Origin: Guillardia theta CCMP2712
Lineage: Eukaryota; Protista; Cryptophyta
Direction: 5' to 3'
Length of the DNA: 64,000 nt
Assembly (NCBI RefSeq): GCF_000315625.1
Contig: NW_005434610.1
Coordinates: 297,698-361,697 of the forward strand
The notes under the pieces: generated by a model
The model's database searches: none
Seen by the model: the letters and a program-made list of their open reading frames with translations, nothing else
Told to the model about the DNA's origin: nothing
Part shown: positions 33,750 through 47,697 of the stretch, piece by piece
Numbering within the stretch: the stretch's first letter is position 1
Layout: the number at the start of each line of letters is the position of its first letter
Program-made: the position numbers and the translations under genes

Positions 33750-35420
33750 TGTTCAATGATCGGAGGATTGCGGCGTCTTGTTACCTTGTTGACGAAGGCG
33801 CATTTGACATGGCTCGTTGACTTGCCGCTGTGAAAGATCAGCCAAGGAGTGAAGGAAGCAACTGCATTCTAACCCGCTTCTTCCACCTGTGCATTCTTTT
33901 CCCTTGAGGTCATCGTCACAACCAAAGATTCGATGTGTCACAGTTGAGACCTTATTGCCTGTTGCAGGCGGGCAACTTTTTCCTACGAGAAGAACTTCAG
34001 CTTTGTCTCGTTGCTTGAGACTCTACCTGTAGGTGGGAGATCGTTCTTCCATCGTTGACGGCTTCCTGATTCCTCTTACGGAGTTGATACTTCGTAACCG
34101 TCACTAAGGAAAGGAAGTCGAAAGTCAAAACCACCTCTGCATCTTTGAAGAGCTGCCTGGCTATCGCCAATTCTTTCAAGAGGACATCCTTTTCCTTTGG
34201 GAACACCATAATCCACGTAAGATCTTGAGCGTTATGCTACCAAATATGATTAGACCTTTTTCAGCCTCACGTTTTGATCTGCGATCGACTCCTAAAAGAA
34301 GGTTTCAAACTTGGGGACCTGACAAGCCTAGACTCACCGTTTTTCCTTCATCAAATTTCTCAACTGAATCGGGCATCTCAACATTCAGAGCTGCGTGCAT
34401 CATTCTGTCCAGCTCTTCCTTGAAACGCTTCGCATTTCGTTCAGCCTGCGAGTTGTACTCAGCTCACCACGTCGTCAGGGGCGAAATCCAACCTCATCAC
34501 GAGCCTTAGATTCGTCGTGGAGTTGTCGTTTCAAGGCTGCTACTTGAACCTATTGCGGCAACGTGAACTTCATGATCGTCCCTTTCAAACTCGCGTCAAG
34601 TGAAGCAACCTGTAACTCTATCCGCGAAGCTCCTCCATATCGCATCATCTGACTCAGCTCCTTGTCCTCCTCGTGCGCGTTTGCGTCTTCCTCCTTCGCT
34701 TCCTTCTCATGCTCTACTGCTCCATCCACATTCTTGGCCAACTTTGGCTGAGGCGACTTCTTTGCGCGGGAAGGACTGCCTGCCCCTATGGCCGTTTTGT
34801 CTCCCCTAACTCTCCTCCTGGCAAACGCCACCTCCTCGTCCGACGCAGTCCTCCAGAACTCAATCTCCTTGAGATCATCCCTGACCCTCATGTCAACTTG
34901 GAAGAGGAAGGCAGGAGACAGACCTGACTCTGTCGATGATCGTCACCAGATCATACTCTATCCACCTCAGAGTCTCCACTTTCATGTCGCATTCCCGCAC
35001 CGCCCATCTCAGCTTCTGGTCTGCTGCATGAGGGATGGGCGATTCTCGGGGCAATTCCAAGTCATCTTGTGCGAGCTTGTCATGGGATAGGTCATTGAGG
35101 AAGCGATCTATCATGGTCAGATGTTCTTGTTCGCTGACTGCATGCTGATTTCAAACCAACGACATCGCCAGAGTCACATACCTTGCGCGCTGCTGATCTG
35201 CTTCGAGCCAGCCGACTCTAAGAGAGAAGAGCCCGAGACCTGAGGTCTTTGCGAAGACGGATCACTGCGCCAAGCACGTGAGTTCATGGGATGTGAAGCC
35301 TTGCATTACTTGTTCGCCATGAAGCTTACTGGACCTGAGTTTTCACTCTCTTCCGTTCTCCGCGCTTCTTTCATTGATGTCTGAACACCTCCTCATCCAT
35401 CTTCGTGGTGATCCATCCTG
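33750..35420 (-). CDS. Hypothetical coiled-coil protein, multi-exon (boundaries approximate)
   Basis: Chain of minus-strand ORF pieces (34893-35114, 34550-34891, 33997-34209) with E/K/R-rich heptad character. Confidence 0.4.
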
Positions 35421-35574
35421 GCATGACCAGTCACTGATGCACTTCCCTGCAAATCCCTCCACACTTCACCCTCCGACTCTGAGGCTCCACCATTCCTGCG
35501 GCTGTCACCTATGAGATAGTCCTCCTCCGTTTCTCTCCTTATCTCCCCCCGACCCCTGCTCCTGATCCTACTAC

Positions 35575-35690
35575 CTCTGCTGCTCCTGCTTCTCCTGCTG
35601 CTCCTGCTTCTCCTGCTGCTCCTGCTGCTCCTGCTCCTGCTGCTCCTGCTGCTCCTGCTCCTGCTGCTCCTGCTTCTGCTCCTGCTCCTC
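35575..35690. repeat. Low-complexity (GCT/CCT)n repeat
   Basis: Directly visible. A complementary (GGAGCA)n tract lies at about 35908-35947. Confidence 0.8.
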
Positions 35691-35908
35691 CCACATTGTC
35701 CCTGTTCCCGCTACACGCCATTCCTTGTTTAAGTTACTGCCCCCTGACCCCTACCTAGCCAACATCTTCACCCCACCCCTACTGGGAAAGTCCACCCAAC
35801 CTGGGGCAGGCTTGCAAATGAGTTTTACACTTCACAATGCGCCCAGTGAGAGTCGGTGACGAGTTCAAGAAGCGAGGGGGAGGGGGAGGGGGGGGGGGGG
35901 AGGGAAGA

Positions 35909-35941
<33 letters not shown>

Positions 35942-36199
35942 AGCAGGATAAGGAGATGGAGATGGAGGTGACTGTTGTGATGATGACTGTAATCAAGATG
36001 ATGCATTGACACTCAAGGGATTCTCTTTCATACCAGATTAAAGTATGGATGTTTGTGAAGTTTTGGGAGGCAAAATCGACAATTGATCGGTAAGTTCTTC
36101 GAATGTTCGAATCCAGACATTTTACCAAGATCTGAAGATGTGGAAGCCTTACGATTATCCATGTCATGTGCTTTTCTGCACATTTTGGGGTATGCGATC

Positions 36200-38480
36200 T
36201 TCATTCGTGGAAAATGCTCATCAATCTTTCAGTTTGCATTTTGGGCATGCAGATACAATGTACAGAAGTAGAGACAAATGTTGTAATGATGTTCACTTGT
36301 TGCTCTAATCTGAGAGTCCTCTGATTAGTTCAAGATTCTACACAAATGCAGGGAGGAGCTGGTGAAGGTGAGAAGGAGCAAGTCTCTGCGATTGCTCTGA
36401 TCGGTCATCAGGGAGGCGATGCCTTTCGTTTCGTCCTTGGCATCGGGAGGGAGGGCTGTAAGTGCGATGCTCAACTGCCGCTTGCCTGAGTCTTGGAGAA
36501 GATTCAAATCAGTTGCCGGTATTGAATCCGACGCTTCTTGACTCTGAGGAGGTGGAAGAGGATGCGTTGGGTAGACAGATGCGGTATGGGGGATGTCGGG
36601 GAGGGTTGAAGTCTCTGAACCTTGCATGTAGGGCGTACGAAAGGTTCAGACAAGGAGAGCTGGGATGTTTTGAGGACACCAGCAGGTTTGATTGTGTGAT
36701 GTCTCCGATAGGCATGAAACTTTCGCTGTGGTCAGCAACACCCTGGGGTCACACGAGGGGAATGAGGATGACATTGCGCGAAAGTACCCGAGCGAAGGTG
36801 ACCAGGTCGATGCGTTAGTTGCTCTCTGGAAGAAGGTGAAGGTTTTCATGGGCAGGACCCGCTAGCAAGCAAGTATGAAGTTGTTCAAGGTCAAAACACA
36901 CTTAGTGCACATTATGATCATTCTGAGGAAGTGCTGAGCAGGCGAAAGATTGTTTAAGTACACGACAAAGGTCGTGATGCGTACCTTATCATCTAGAAGA
37001 AATGATAGAAAATCAGAATCGAAACGATATCTACGACGAAGCAGTCAAAAAAAGAGCGAAGTTGGAGGTTGTTGGGAATTGAAGGCGGCGTGTGCTGATT
37101 TCATTGCGTGGGATTCAGGGAGCAAGCAGCGAGGAGGTAGACAATTCAAACGAAACATCCTTTCGAGGAAAGAGGGATAATGACTGGACTGTAGTACTCA
37201 TCCGGAGGCTCCCAAAGTGCAGTGAGTTCAGACGGAGCTCTTACGCGGGATCGGGACAGAAAGTTAGTGGAGGGGCTAACGAGTCACAAGAGGATCACTG
37301 ACCGATGAGCTTACAGCACAACACAGGGAGAGAAGGATTTGCAGGAGCATGATTCAGAGACAGGCCTCATCAAGAACTTGTACTCAGTACTCCACCGGGG
37401 TATAAGGCAGGCCGAACGCGAAGCCAGGACAAAGTTTCCCGGCAACGACTCGGAGTGGAGAAAGATGGTGGGCCCGACACATTGCATGGATGATGAACTC
37501 GAAAAAAACAGCACGGAATCGGAGGAAGACATGAGCGATGAAATGCAAGGACAACCTAAGCTTCCGAAGTCAGGCAAGTGAAATGAGAGTTTCTTTGATC
37601 GCAATTCAATCAGATCACTGCCTACCTCCTTTTCCTTCCGCCTTGGTCTGACATTCAAACTTCCCCTCCTCTCACTTCTCTCTGCCTCTCCTTGTATCGG
37701 GATCATCCATGATAGCCGATCAAAAATGTCGATGGACGCTCTTCGCTGAATTTACTCGCTCCCTGCAGATGACGACAAATTGGGATTGACTGAGTCGTCG
37801 ATCGACAAGTACTTGCCGCAGGTCAAACTCCAGTCTGTGAGGCCCCGATGACAAGGATTGTAGAACTACATCCCTTGCGCTGATGACGGGCATGGTGCGC
37901 ATGTGCTGTTGAGGTCAGCTCCTCACACTCCTCCGCTCTTACTGACGCGACTGTCAGAGACGCTCCTCGACTGCAAGTCCAACTGTCTTTGAATCATCAG
38001 CTCTGGCGGGCAAGCACGGAAGGTTCGCAGACGCAGAGCAGGAGCGTCTGCCATTGCTGTGACCCTTGTTTGTGTGCTCCTGCTGCAGGCGACATCGATG
38101 AGGCTGAACGACTGCTCAACTTGGGCGCTGAGGTTGTGAAGGCAGAGAGATGGAGGGCATGACGTAGACCAGGTCAACATAGATTTCTGGTTCTCCGAGA
38201 AAGCAGAGACCGATTCCTCCAACGCCGAGCTTGAAATCTACTGGCAGAATACAATGGAGGAGGATTGGGGGAGGTAATGTGGCGGAGCGTTGCCCTGGGT
38301 TTGACTTTGCATGGCAGATCGACACTAGATAGGCTGGCTAAGTGATTTCGTTGCTCGTCAAGAGCAATCATTGACCTGATGCTTCACAAGGTTCGGAGAT
38401 GCGAACCAAGTACGAAAGGTAGCAGAGGTCTTGTGTACCATCAGGAAGTATGGGGTCAGAAGCAGCCCGTCGCAAAATCA
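36200..38480 (+). CDS. Hypothetical exons, possibly the N-terminal part of the bromodomain gene
   Basis: Coding-like plus-strand pieces (37339-37581, about 38140-38272) separated by short GT-AG introns. Confidence 0.3.
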
Positions 38481-38529
38481 GACCCCCAAGAAGAGACTTC
38501 AGTGGATATCATCGGCCCTCCGCATCGTC

Positions 38530-40088
38530 CAGGAGCTGAAGATGCAATCTTGGTTTCTCTACTTGCACCATTAATTCCTTCATCCTGACAACCCGCAGCT
38601 CGACTGGCTTTCTGAGGCCTCAAGTGGACAAGGAAGGACCAGGAATCGTTTCATCCCGCCACGCGCCTTCCTTCCCACCCTCCCTATCATTTTCCTCCCT
38701 TTTCCTTGCTTTCCTTCTCTTTCCTCTTTTTTGCTGCCGATTTTATCCTTCTCATTGCGTGAACAGAGTATCTCCTGAAGATCAAGATGCCTCTCGATTT
38801 AAATCTCGTCCGTTCGAAGCTCGAGAGGGTATCTAACTGACTGAACTGCCTCCCTCGTGAGATCATGCCTGCCAGCGAGCGTATACAACGCCTTCAGATT
38901 GGATCATCGACATGAAAGGAATCGGTTAAAGATCGCTTTACGACGTGATGGTGCATAATGTGCACAACTGCAGTTGCCAACGGCCTCAAGTACTTTCATC
39001 CAGAGAGCAAGATGTATCATTCCGCTATCGAGCTTGGTTCGGCACCCACAAGTCATCTATGATATGAATCATCGTTCCTCTAGGTCAACAGTTCGAGGAG
39101 ATGTTGGAGAACGATGAAATCTTCCAAGAAAACAAGTAACACTTCGTTCCCCTCCTTGCATCCTCTTATGTGTACTCTTCTGTCAGCCTGGATTTCGACG
39201 CTCCTCGTTCGGCTCGTGGCTGGTTTATAATGAAACCCATCAACTATACCCAGGCTAGTACTTTTCTATCCGCAGTCTCATCTCACGTCTGTTTCTCAGA
39301 TGAGACTGGCAAGAACAGTTTTCCCGAGCTCTCCTGGTTCTACATCAATCAGCCGGCCAAGAGGTAGTTTTTTGCGTCAGATTCAAATTCTAGCGCGATG
39401 ATCTGGAATTGATGTTGCTTTTTACAGTTGAAGCGAAAGAGAAGAAACTGATTGAAGTGAAGTCATTGCATGGTACCGCATCCATCTCAAGTGGTGACAG
39501 GTGAAGCAACGAACAAACAAATCCGCTCCAAAGACTGGGAAGAAAGCAAAAGAGGTCAGATGGTTTTTCATTCATTCTCAGCTAGAAAAATAACCACGGG
39601 ATTATAGGATGAGGAGAAATGGAAGAAAGAGTGCGCGCGGACACTCATGCGAATGTGGAAGCACAAGGACTCGTGGCCTTTCCTGGAGCCTGTCAGAGCA
39701 GCTCCTAGCCGCGTCTCACCTCACAATCACTACAGGTTGATCCCATCGCCCTGGACATCCCAACCTACTTCGAGATCATCAAACATCCCATGGACCTGGG
39801 AACTGTTCGCTCGAAGCTCATCAGCGGTCTCTGCCCGCTACTCCACGCCTCTTGATTGAAATGTGTGCAGGATCCTACAAAGACATCAACGCGTTTGCTG
39901 CTGACGTCCGGCTGACTTTTGGTTCTCAAGTGGCATTTATCGTTGTCGCGTTGACTAGTGTTGCAGATAACGCGATGCTGTTCAATCCTGTCGGCCACTG
40001 GGTGCATGAGATGGCGAAGAACCTGAAGAGCTTTTTTGAGAGCAACTTCCAGGAGCACCTCAGTCGCACCGGGAAGAAACAGTCATGA
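38530..40088 (+). CDS. Double-bromodomain protein (BET/Bdf-like), 3' exons
   Basis: BD1 is divergent: [20 protein letters not shown]...[34 protein letters not shown]2 is canonical: [41 protein letters not shown]...[35 protein letters not shown]. Confidence 0.85.
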
Positions 40089-40100
40089 AGCCAACGACGA

Positions 40101-43100
40101 TCATCTGGCCGATGATGACTCCTTCCTGAACGATAAATGCACGGAGGGGCTTGCAGGAGCATACAGCTCTCCTGCTACCGACAGACTGTCGTTCGTCTCA
40201 CAGTCGGAGGAGTACTGCAACCTTGATCGCAGGAGGAAGCCTTCTTCGCCTTCCTCCCTCGCTCCAGCTTCTGCCTCTCGCAATTCCTGTGCCTTGCAAA
40301 TCTTCTCGATGTCTTCGATCAGATCGTCGATCGCGTCCGACGTCCGCATTCTGGCGTAACAGCTCTCTGCTCTGCGGATCAAGAAGCCGGCTGCTCTGCT
40401 GGGACTGTTCGAAACTTGCACGGCAGAAAAGGAGGAAAGTTGCAGTTTCCAAACATCGAAGAATGGACGGAGATCGTCTTTCACGGGGCCAGTATCGTTC
40501 CATACTGTCGGCCTTGCCAGATTCTGTTCCTGAACCCTCGGTAACAGCCAACAGAAAGTTTTCATCTTGGAGAAGTAGGTGAACAGAAGCCCTTTGTAAA
40601 CGTATTCTTCAATGATGGAACGATTCTGGTGTGAAAGCAAAAACGTCAGAAAGCATTGGTAGCAGTGAAGTACAAACCTTTGAAGTCTTGCAGAAGATGC
40701 CCCACGCGTAAAAACACAATCGGATGGATGCAAGAACATGTGCTCGCTCCATTCGATTCAATTTGAAGTTGAAAAATTTGTTTCTCAAGAAGAGTTCTTG
40801 TAAAACTCTTGAATCCTGATTCGAACTTTGTGACAGAACAAGATACCGAGCCTGTGGAGCTATAGTAAGATCAGTGTCATTGCAGGGATAGTCTTGCACA
40901 ACTGTTTCAATGATATTACACATTTCCTTCAACTCCATCACTTCATCCAAAAACCGCACGATGCTTGTTTGCATTCTTAAACTTTCAGAGTTTTTACAAT
41001 CTCTTAAACGTTCGTATTGATCCTGATAGTACTCGAGTTCTGTCTCAGCGGCTTGTTTGAGGATTTGTTCTTGATTCAAACTGTAGCTCAAACGACCATG
41101 ATCCTGTTTCATTCTGTAGAGCTTGGAAGATGCCTTCAACCTTTTGATCATAAAATGTCTCACTTCACCATATAACCTTTTACGGAACAGAACAGAAAAC
41201 ATCCATTTCCATGACAACTGGCTGCGCTTGTGTCTTTCTAATTCGATCCTGGACTTGAGATCATGATTCTGAATTGCCTCTTGATGTTCTTGATGTAGAT
41301 CGGTCAAGATATCTTGGTAGATTCCAAGAATATTGGAACATTCATGCAATATCATATTGCACATTGTTGCAACCTGCAGATTTTTTTGTTTCATCTGTTT
41401 TGAAACAATGCACATTGTATCAGTTGATGAATCCAACAAGCCAAAGCAGCCAAGCAAGATATCTTCATGCAGGCTGTCAGTAATCTTCTGAAATTGTAGG
41501 AGGTCGCTTGTGGTATTAAGGATGAAATCTTTCAAAAGAGAGATTCCCCTCATTTGCAAAACTTTTTGACGCTGCAATTCTGCCTTGCTGCCTTCATAAT
41601 CTTTGCTCAGCCTTTCAACTTCCATTCCCCTGTCACCGAGTTCTCTTATCAAAGTGGCAATCTGAGCTCCTTTCCATAATTCTTTGACCGCAAAATCAGC
41701 CTTAGCCGTAGTCACCGAAGAGCTACAACGTTCTTCTGTCCACCGCAATTTATCAGTCAGAGCAATCACTTGACCCTGCAGGTCGTGGATCATCCTGGTC
41801 TTCTCTTCGTCTTCGAGCAAGATGTATGGGATTTCCATGAGAGTCTCATCCAGAATTGATGCAATGTAAACAACTGGTTCAATGGTGGATAGAACGTAAT
41901 TTTCTTTCTCTTGCTGAAATCCACATCTCGTCTGATAAAACAACAAGCACAAGTCAGACATCGTGAGCTGCATCTTGTCACAATACGACTCAAGTAGAGA
42001 TATAGCGCTTTTGCTCTGACGATCTTGAGTTGCCCACGTTTCACGCTCTGCCATTAGTTCATCATTCAATTTCTTCTGACTGCAGTAGGAGGCTTCCGAA
42101 GTTGAATGAGCTACAGACAGTAGTCTCGAGTTCTGATAGATTTCTTCGATCATGCCGCTTGTTTCCATGGTGCAGTCTGATACCTCTGTCATCAAGGCTG
42201 ACAGATCGTTTATCAGACGCGTTGACAAGACCGATGCCATAGCTAAGTTCTGCTCAAACAAGTGGATTGTTTCCTCCTGGACCTCACTCTTTGTAAACGA
42301 ACCGTTCAAATCGGCTTCAAGTTTGATAACATCAAAACTCAAATGAGCCACCTTCTGCTTGAGATGCTCTGCATACTCCTCCAGGTCCACCTGAGTAGCA
42401 GCACAATGAGATATTTGACTGAGACAGTTCTCCACGTGTACAGCTGCTATCGCGCACTGCGATGTATGCCTCTCCATCAGCCTCTCGTACTCCACCAGCT
42501 GTTGCCGACCAGCCTCAAGATCGGCAATGCATGACTCCGTCGCGTCCACAGTCCGTCCTAGCCTCCCGAGCTCCTCCTCCACCCTCCGCATCTCCTCTCC
42601 TGCCGCGTCGAGATCCCCTCGCACCTCCTCGCTCGCCCTCGCTACCGCAGCCAGCTCGGCTAGCAGCTGCTGAGCCCCTGCCGCTGCCGCCGCCGCCATG
42701 TGGGTCACCTGCTGGTCGGCTTGGCTTGCTTGCGACGAGACCCTGCGGACCTCAAGCTCGAGCTCGCGTACCCGGTCTCGCTCAGCCTCTAGCTCAGCCC
42801 GCTGGCAAGCCTGGCTCTGCTCAGCCGAGGCAAGTAACGCCTCTACCTCCTGCCGCCGGGCCCTCTCGCGTTCCAAAGATTTTGTCATCTCCTTCATTGT
42901 TTCCTCAGAGGATTGGATGCTTTTGCTCAATTTCATTGTTATTCCCTCACTATTCTCAATGCTTTTTGAGCATTGTTTTGTGTATGCCATCATCGTATTG
43001 AATTCAAACAATATTGCCCTGTAGTCCTTTGTTTTTTGTTTGCAGTCTTCCTGTAAGAAATTAATTTTGAAATTGTTTGTGATCAGAATTTCATTCAAGC

Positions 43101-46100
43101 TCCTTAATTCCTTCATCACTGTTGTTACCTCATGCAAGAGCAATTCGATTTCATCTCGTACGATCTGTTGTTTAATCCCGAGCTCTTCAGTTTTCTTCTC
43201 GCCTTTCTCAATCAAAAGAAGACAATTGAAAATTTCCGTCTCTTGCGAAAGGCATTTTCTAGAGATCATTTCTAATTGCTGATTCAAGGTATCTTTGCTT
43301 GTTTTCAATGACAAAATGTACCCTTCGTAAATTTTGACCCATTTCAAAATATCTTTATACAAACCTGGAAAGGATTTGGAATACGGGAAAGCCTCTTGGT
43401 CCAAGACTTGATGTTCAATTTCTTCTGGGCAAAACAAGTGAATTTGGCCAATAGATCCTGTGAAAACTTGTTCGACAGAAAACAGAAAATTCAGCATATC
43501 ATTTTGTTTTGATCCTTCTTCTTGTTCTAGGTTTTCTAGCACAGAATGTATTTCTCTCTTGAGATACATTACCTCTGTCACAATCTGCCTTGTGAAGAAT
43601 CTGTATTGATCCACGTCCATGGATAATGTGATGGAATGATGTTCTGAATGTTTCAAAGTGAATTCCAAACTCTGAATTCGGGTTTCAAAAAAAGTGCATT
43701 TGTTGGCCAAAGATACATATTCATGACAAAATTCAGGGGAAATTCTGGGATACCGACGCCATTCTCGTTTGCGTAACAAAAAACGTAGGACTAAGTTGAC
43801 CCATTGTATTCTCCTGAACTGAGAACGCTTTTCTTCTAGAGCTGCGAGAAAGCCTTGATGATTGACAAGAGCTGATTGAGATGAAGTGTATGCATTTCGA
43901 TAAATCTGACATTCCTTGAACAAAGCATCAAGCTCTGACGAAACATCATGAGTTACACTGTGGTACACGTCATCCGTCGTGAGTAATTCTTCGGTCAACC
44001 TTTGAATCAACTCCATTACATTCATTCGCTCATTCTGATTCATCAAAAAGACTTCTTGAAATCGGCTATTTTCCTTTGCAAGCTCCTCAGCAAGAGTACG
44101 AGAAGACAAAGCCTTAGACCTCTCGTCTTCAACCGCTTGCTTGAGATACTCCGCATACTCCTCCAGGTCCACCTGAGTAGCAGCACAATGAGATATTTGA
44201 CTGAGACAGTTCTCCACGTGTACAGCTGCTATCGCGCACTGCGATGTATGCCTCTCCATCAGCCTCTCGTACTCCACCAGCTGTTGCCGACCAGCCTCAA
44301 GATCGGCAATGCATGACTCCGTCGCGTCCACAGTCCGTCCTAGCCTCCCGAGCTCCTCCTCCACCCTCCGCATCTCCTCTCCTGCCGCGTCGAGATCCCC
44401 TCGCACCTCCTCGCTCGCCCTCGCTACCGCAGCCAGCTCGGCTAGCAGCTGCTGAGCCCCTGACGCCGCCGCCGCCGCCATGTCGGTCACCTGCTGGTCG
44501 GCTTGGCTTGCTTGCGACGAGACCCTGCGGACCTCAAGCTCGAGCTCGCGTACCCGGTCTCGCTCAGCCTCTAGCTCAGCCCGCTGGCAAGCCTGGCTCT
44601 GCTCAGCCGAGGCAAGTAACGCCTCTACCTCCTGCCGCCGGGCCTTCTCCCTCTCGACCGTGAGCAAGATCCCCTCCGTACCCTGCGCCAGGGATGACTC
44701 CGTCGCGTCCACAGTCCGTCCTAGCCTCCCGAGCTCCTCCTCCACCCTCCGCATCTCCTCTCCTGCCGCGTCGAGATCCCCTCGCACCTCCTCGCTCGCC
44801 CTCGCTACCGCAGCCAGCTCGGCTAGCAGCTGCTGAGCCCCTGACGCCGCCGCCGCCGCCATGTGGGTCACCTGCTGGTCGGCTTGGCATGCTTGCGACG
44901 AGACCCTGCGGACCTCAAGCTCGAGCTCGCGTACCCGGTCTCGCTCAGCCTCTAGCTCAGCCCGCTGGCAAGCCTGGCTCTGCTCAGCCGAGGCAAGTAA
45001 CGCCTCTACCTCCTGCCGCCGGGCCTTCTCACTTGTAAAGGAATTTTTTTCATGTTGGATTTGAATCTGCGCTGCGTTCAAGCAGAGAAGGATCCTATTT
45101 GTGTCAGCAATTCCAATAATAAATGAAGCATTGAGGTTTACAAGCAATTTGTCCAGGTCTGAAACAATCTGATTTATCGTCCCTTCTACAGATTCGATCT
45201 GAATATCCCAGTTGCCTAACAATGATAGAAACTCCACCTCCCGAACAGAAAACAAATGAACTTGATCCTGGTTGTCAAACAGTTCTTTCAAGCAACATTC
45301 AAGATCCATTGACTGGGAGGAAAAATTCTCAACATAATGACAAAGAACAAACTCAACATCACGCCGCCGGGCCTTCTCCCTCTCGACCGTGAGCAAGATC
45401 CCCTCCGTACCCTGCGCCAGGGATGACTCCGTCGCGTCCACAGTCCGTCCTAGCCTCCCGAGCTCCTCCTCCACCCTCCGCATCTCCTCTCCTGCCGCGT
45501 CGAGACCCCCTCGCACCTCCTCGCTCGCCCTCGCTACCGCAGCCAGCTCGGCTAGCAGCTGCTGAGCCCCTGACGCTGCCGCCGCCGCCATGTGGGTCAC
45601 CTGCTGGTCGGCTTGGCTTGCTTGCGACGAGACCCTGCGGACCTCAAGCTCGAGCTCGCGTACCCGGTCTCGCTCAGCCTCTAGCTCAGCCCGCTGGCAA
45701 GCCTGGCTCTGCTCAGCCGAGGCAAGTAACGCCTCTACCTCCTGCCGCCGGGCCTTCTCCCTCTCGACCGTGAGCAAGATCCCCTCCGTACCCTGCGCCA
45801 GGGATGACTCCGTCGCGTCCACAGTCCGTCCTAGCCTCCCGAGCTCCTCCTCCACCCTCCGCATCTCCTCTCCTGCCGCGTCGAGATCCCCTCGCACCTC
45901 CTCGCTCGCCCTCGCTACCGCAGCCAGCTCGGCTAGCAGCTGCTGAGCCCCTGCCGCCGCCGCCGCCGCCATGTGGGTCACCTGCTGGTCGGCTTGGCTT
46001 GCTTGCGACGAGACCCTGCGGACCTCAAGCTCGAGCTCGCGTACCCGGTCTCGCTCAGCCTCTAGCTCAGCCCGCTGGCAAGCCTGGCTCTGCTCAGCCG

Positions 46101-47697
46101 ATGCAAGTAACGCCTCTACCTCCTGCCGCCGGGCCTTCTCCCTCTCGACCGTGAGCAAGATCCCCTCCGTACCCTGCGCCAGGGATGACTCCGTCGCGTC
46201 CACAGTCCGTCCTAGCCTCCCGAGCTCCTCCTCCACCCTCCGCATCTCCTCTCCTGCCGCGTCGAGATCCCCTCGCACCTCCTCGCTCGCCCTCGCTACC
46301 GCAGCCAGCTCGGCTAGCAGCTGCTGAGCCCCAGCCGCCGCCGCCGCCATGTGGGTCACCTGCTGGTCGGCTTGGCTTGCTTGCGACGAGACCCTGCGGA
46401 CCTCAAGCTCGAGCTCGCGTACCCGGTCTCGCTCAGCCTCTAGCTCAGCCCGCTGGCAAGCCTGGCTTTGTTCAATGTAACAGATTGTTTCTGCCAGTGT
46501 CCTTTGGCTTGGAGCAATGTTCAACAACTTTGAAATGTTTCCTTCAAGATTTCTCAATCCATCAATCAGAAGGCGATTTGTGGTTTCTGCGACCATTTGT
46601 ATTGCAATCAATGCATTGGTCGCTTGTTCCTCGTGTTCGGTTCTTTTTTGTAACTCAAATTCGTTCTTCCTCATACACATTTGGAGTTCTTCAATTTGAA
46701 TGCTTTGATTTTGGCAGTCAAAGATGCTTTTTTCATAATATACGGCCATTTGTTTTGTTTCAGAGTGTATGATCTGTAGGTCATGAATCATCAATGCAAT
46801 ATCTGAGCGGCTCATGGCTAACAGATAATTTGCTTCAGCATCGACTTTCAACATGTTTTGGTTTGAATTTCTGTTCAGATTCAATTTCATGGCATGTTTT
46901 CTGATGGCTTTTATCCGCAAATCATACATATTATTTCTGGGTCTCGCTGGATTTGTGTTGCTCAGCTGTGCGTTTGCATTGAGGGTTATTGGATCTTCGG
47001 GTAGAGTTTCGATTGATTCAGTCTGAATGGCACTGTGCCATGCAAAATAAACTCTTTTCGTTGAGTTCCAAAGAGCTCGTCGACGATAAGATTCTGAACG
47101 TAAGATTGTCAACCAAATGCTGTAATATCGCTTCTTGTGAATAGTGTCTCTGTCTTTTATACGCCCCTCCAGTAACTTAACGATTTGTCTTGAGTACCGC
47201 ATATGGCAAAGCAATCGAACAAAAAATATTTTGATAATTCCTTGATATACAAGTCGAGTTACAACTTGATTTGTCTTTCGAATCGATGTGGCGGCCTTGT
47301 GCCAAGCTCGTAGGCGAGAGCTGACTAAGATTTTATCTTTTGTTGACAAAACTCTGTCCTGTCTCGAAGAGAAATTACGAGAACTATGCCTTTGTTGAAA
47401 AAACTCATTTTGTATCGATGAAGAAACGTTGCTTTCAAAAATTGTCCTCATGTTTTCATAAAGTAATCGTTTGGTATGAATCGCCTTCTCCAAAATTTCG
47501 CGAGTCTGTTTGAGACATTTTTGATCATTAGACTTCTGTTCTTTGTGCAGAGCAGCTTCAAGAATAGATTTCCCATCTGTGACTAGCGACTTGAAATCTC
47601 TGCTCCTCCATAAATCACTCTGCGAGAATCTTTTCGGACTTTCTGTGCCCTTCGGACTTTCCATCTTGTTTCGCGACCCCGAAGCGCTCTGCAGCAT
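40101..47697 (-). CDS. Giant coiled-coil protein (more than 2400 aa) with internal near-identical 127-aa repeats
   Basis: 2362-aa ORF 40609-47697 plus 3' exons in ORF 40101-40739. Heptad-rich throughout. Confidence 0.75.
42356..46468 (-). repeat. Six copies of a GC-rich coding module of about 381 bp (3 tandem at 45362-46468, 2 tandem at 44137-45030, 1 at 42356-42866)
   Basis: EQSQACQRAELEAERDRVRELELEVRRVSS...VDATES is repeated almost base-for-base, with period 381 nt in the tandem blocks. Confidence 0.95.

Noticed and set aside
35575-35947. Possible long hairpin between the (GCTCCT)n and (GGAGCA)n tracts
   Set aside because: The complementarity comes from low-complexity sequence only, with no other support.
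42462-46772. Repeated plus-strand ORFs (MTPSRPQSVLAS..., MWVTCWSAWLAC...)
   Set aside because: Antisense shadows of the 381-bp coding module.
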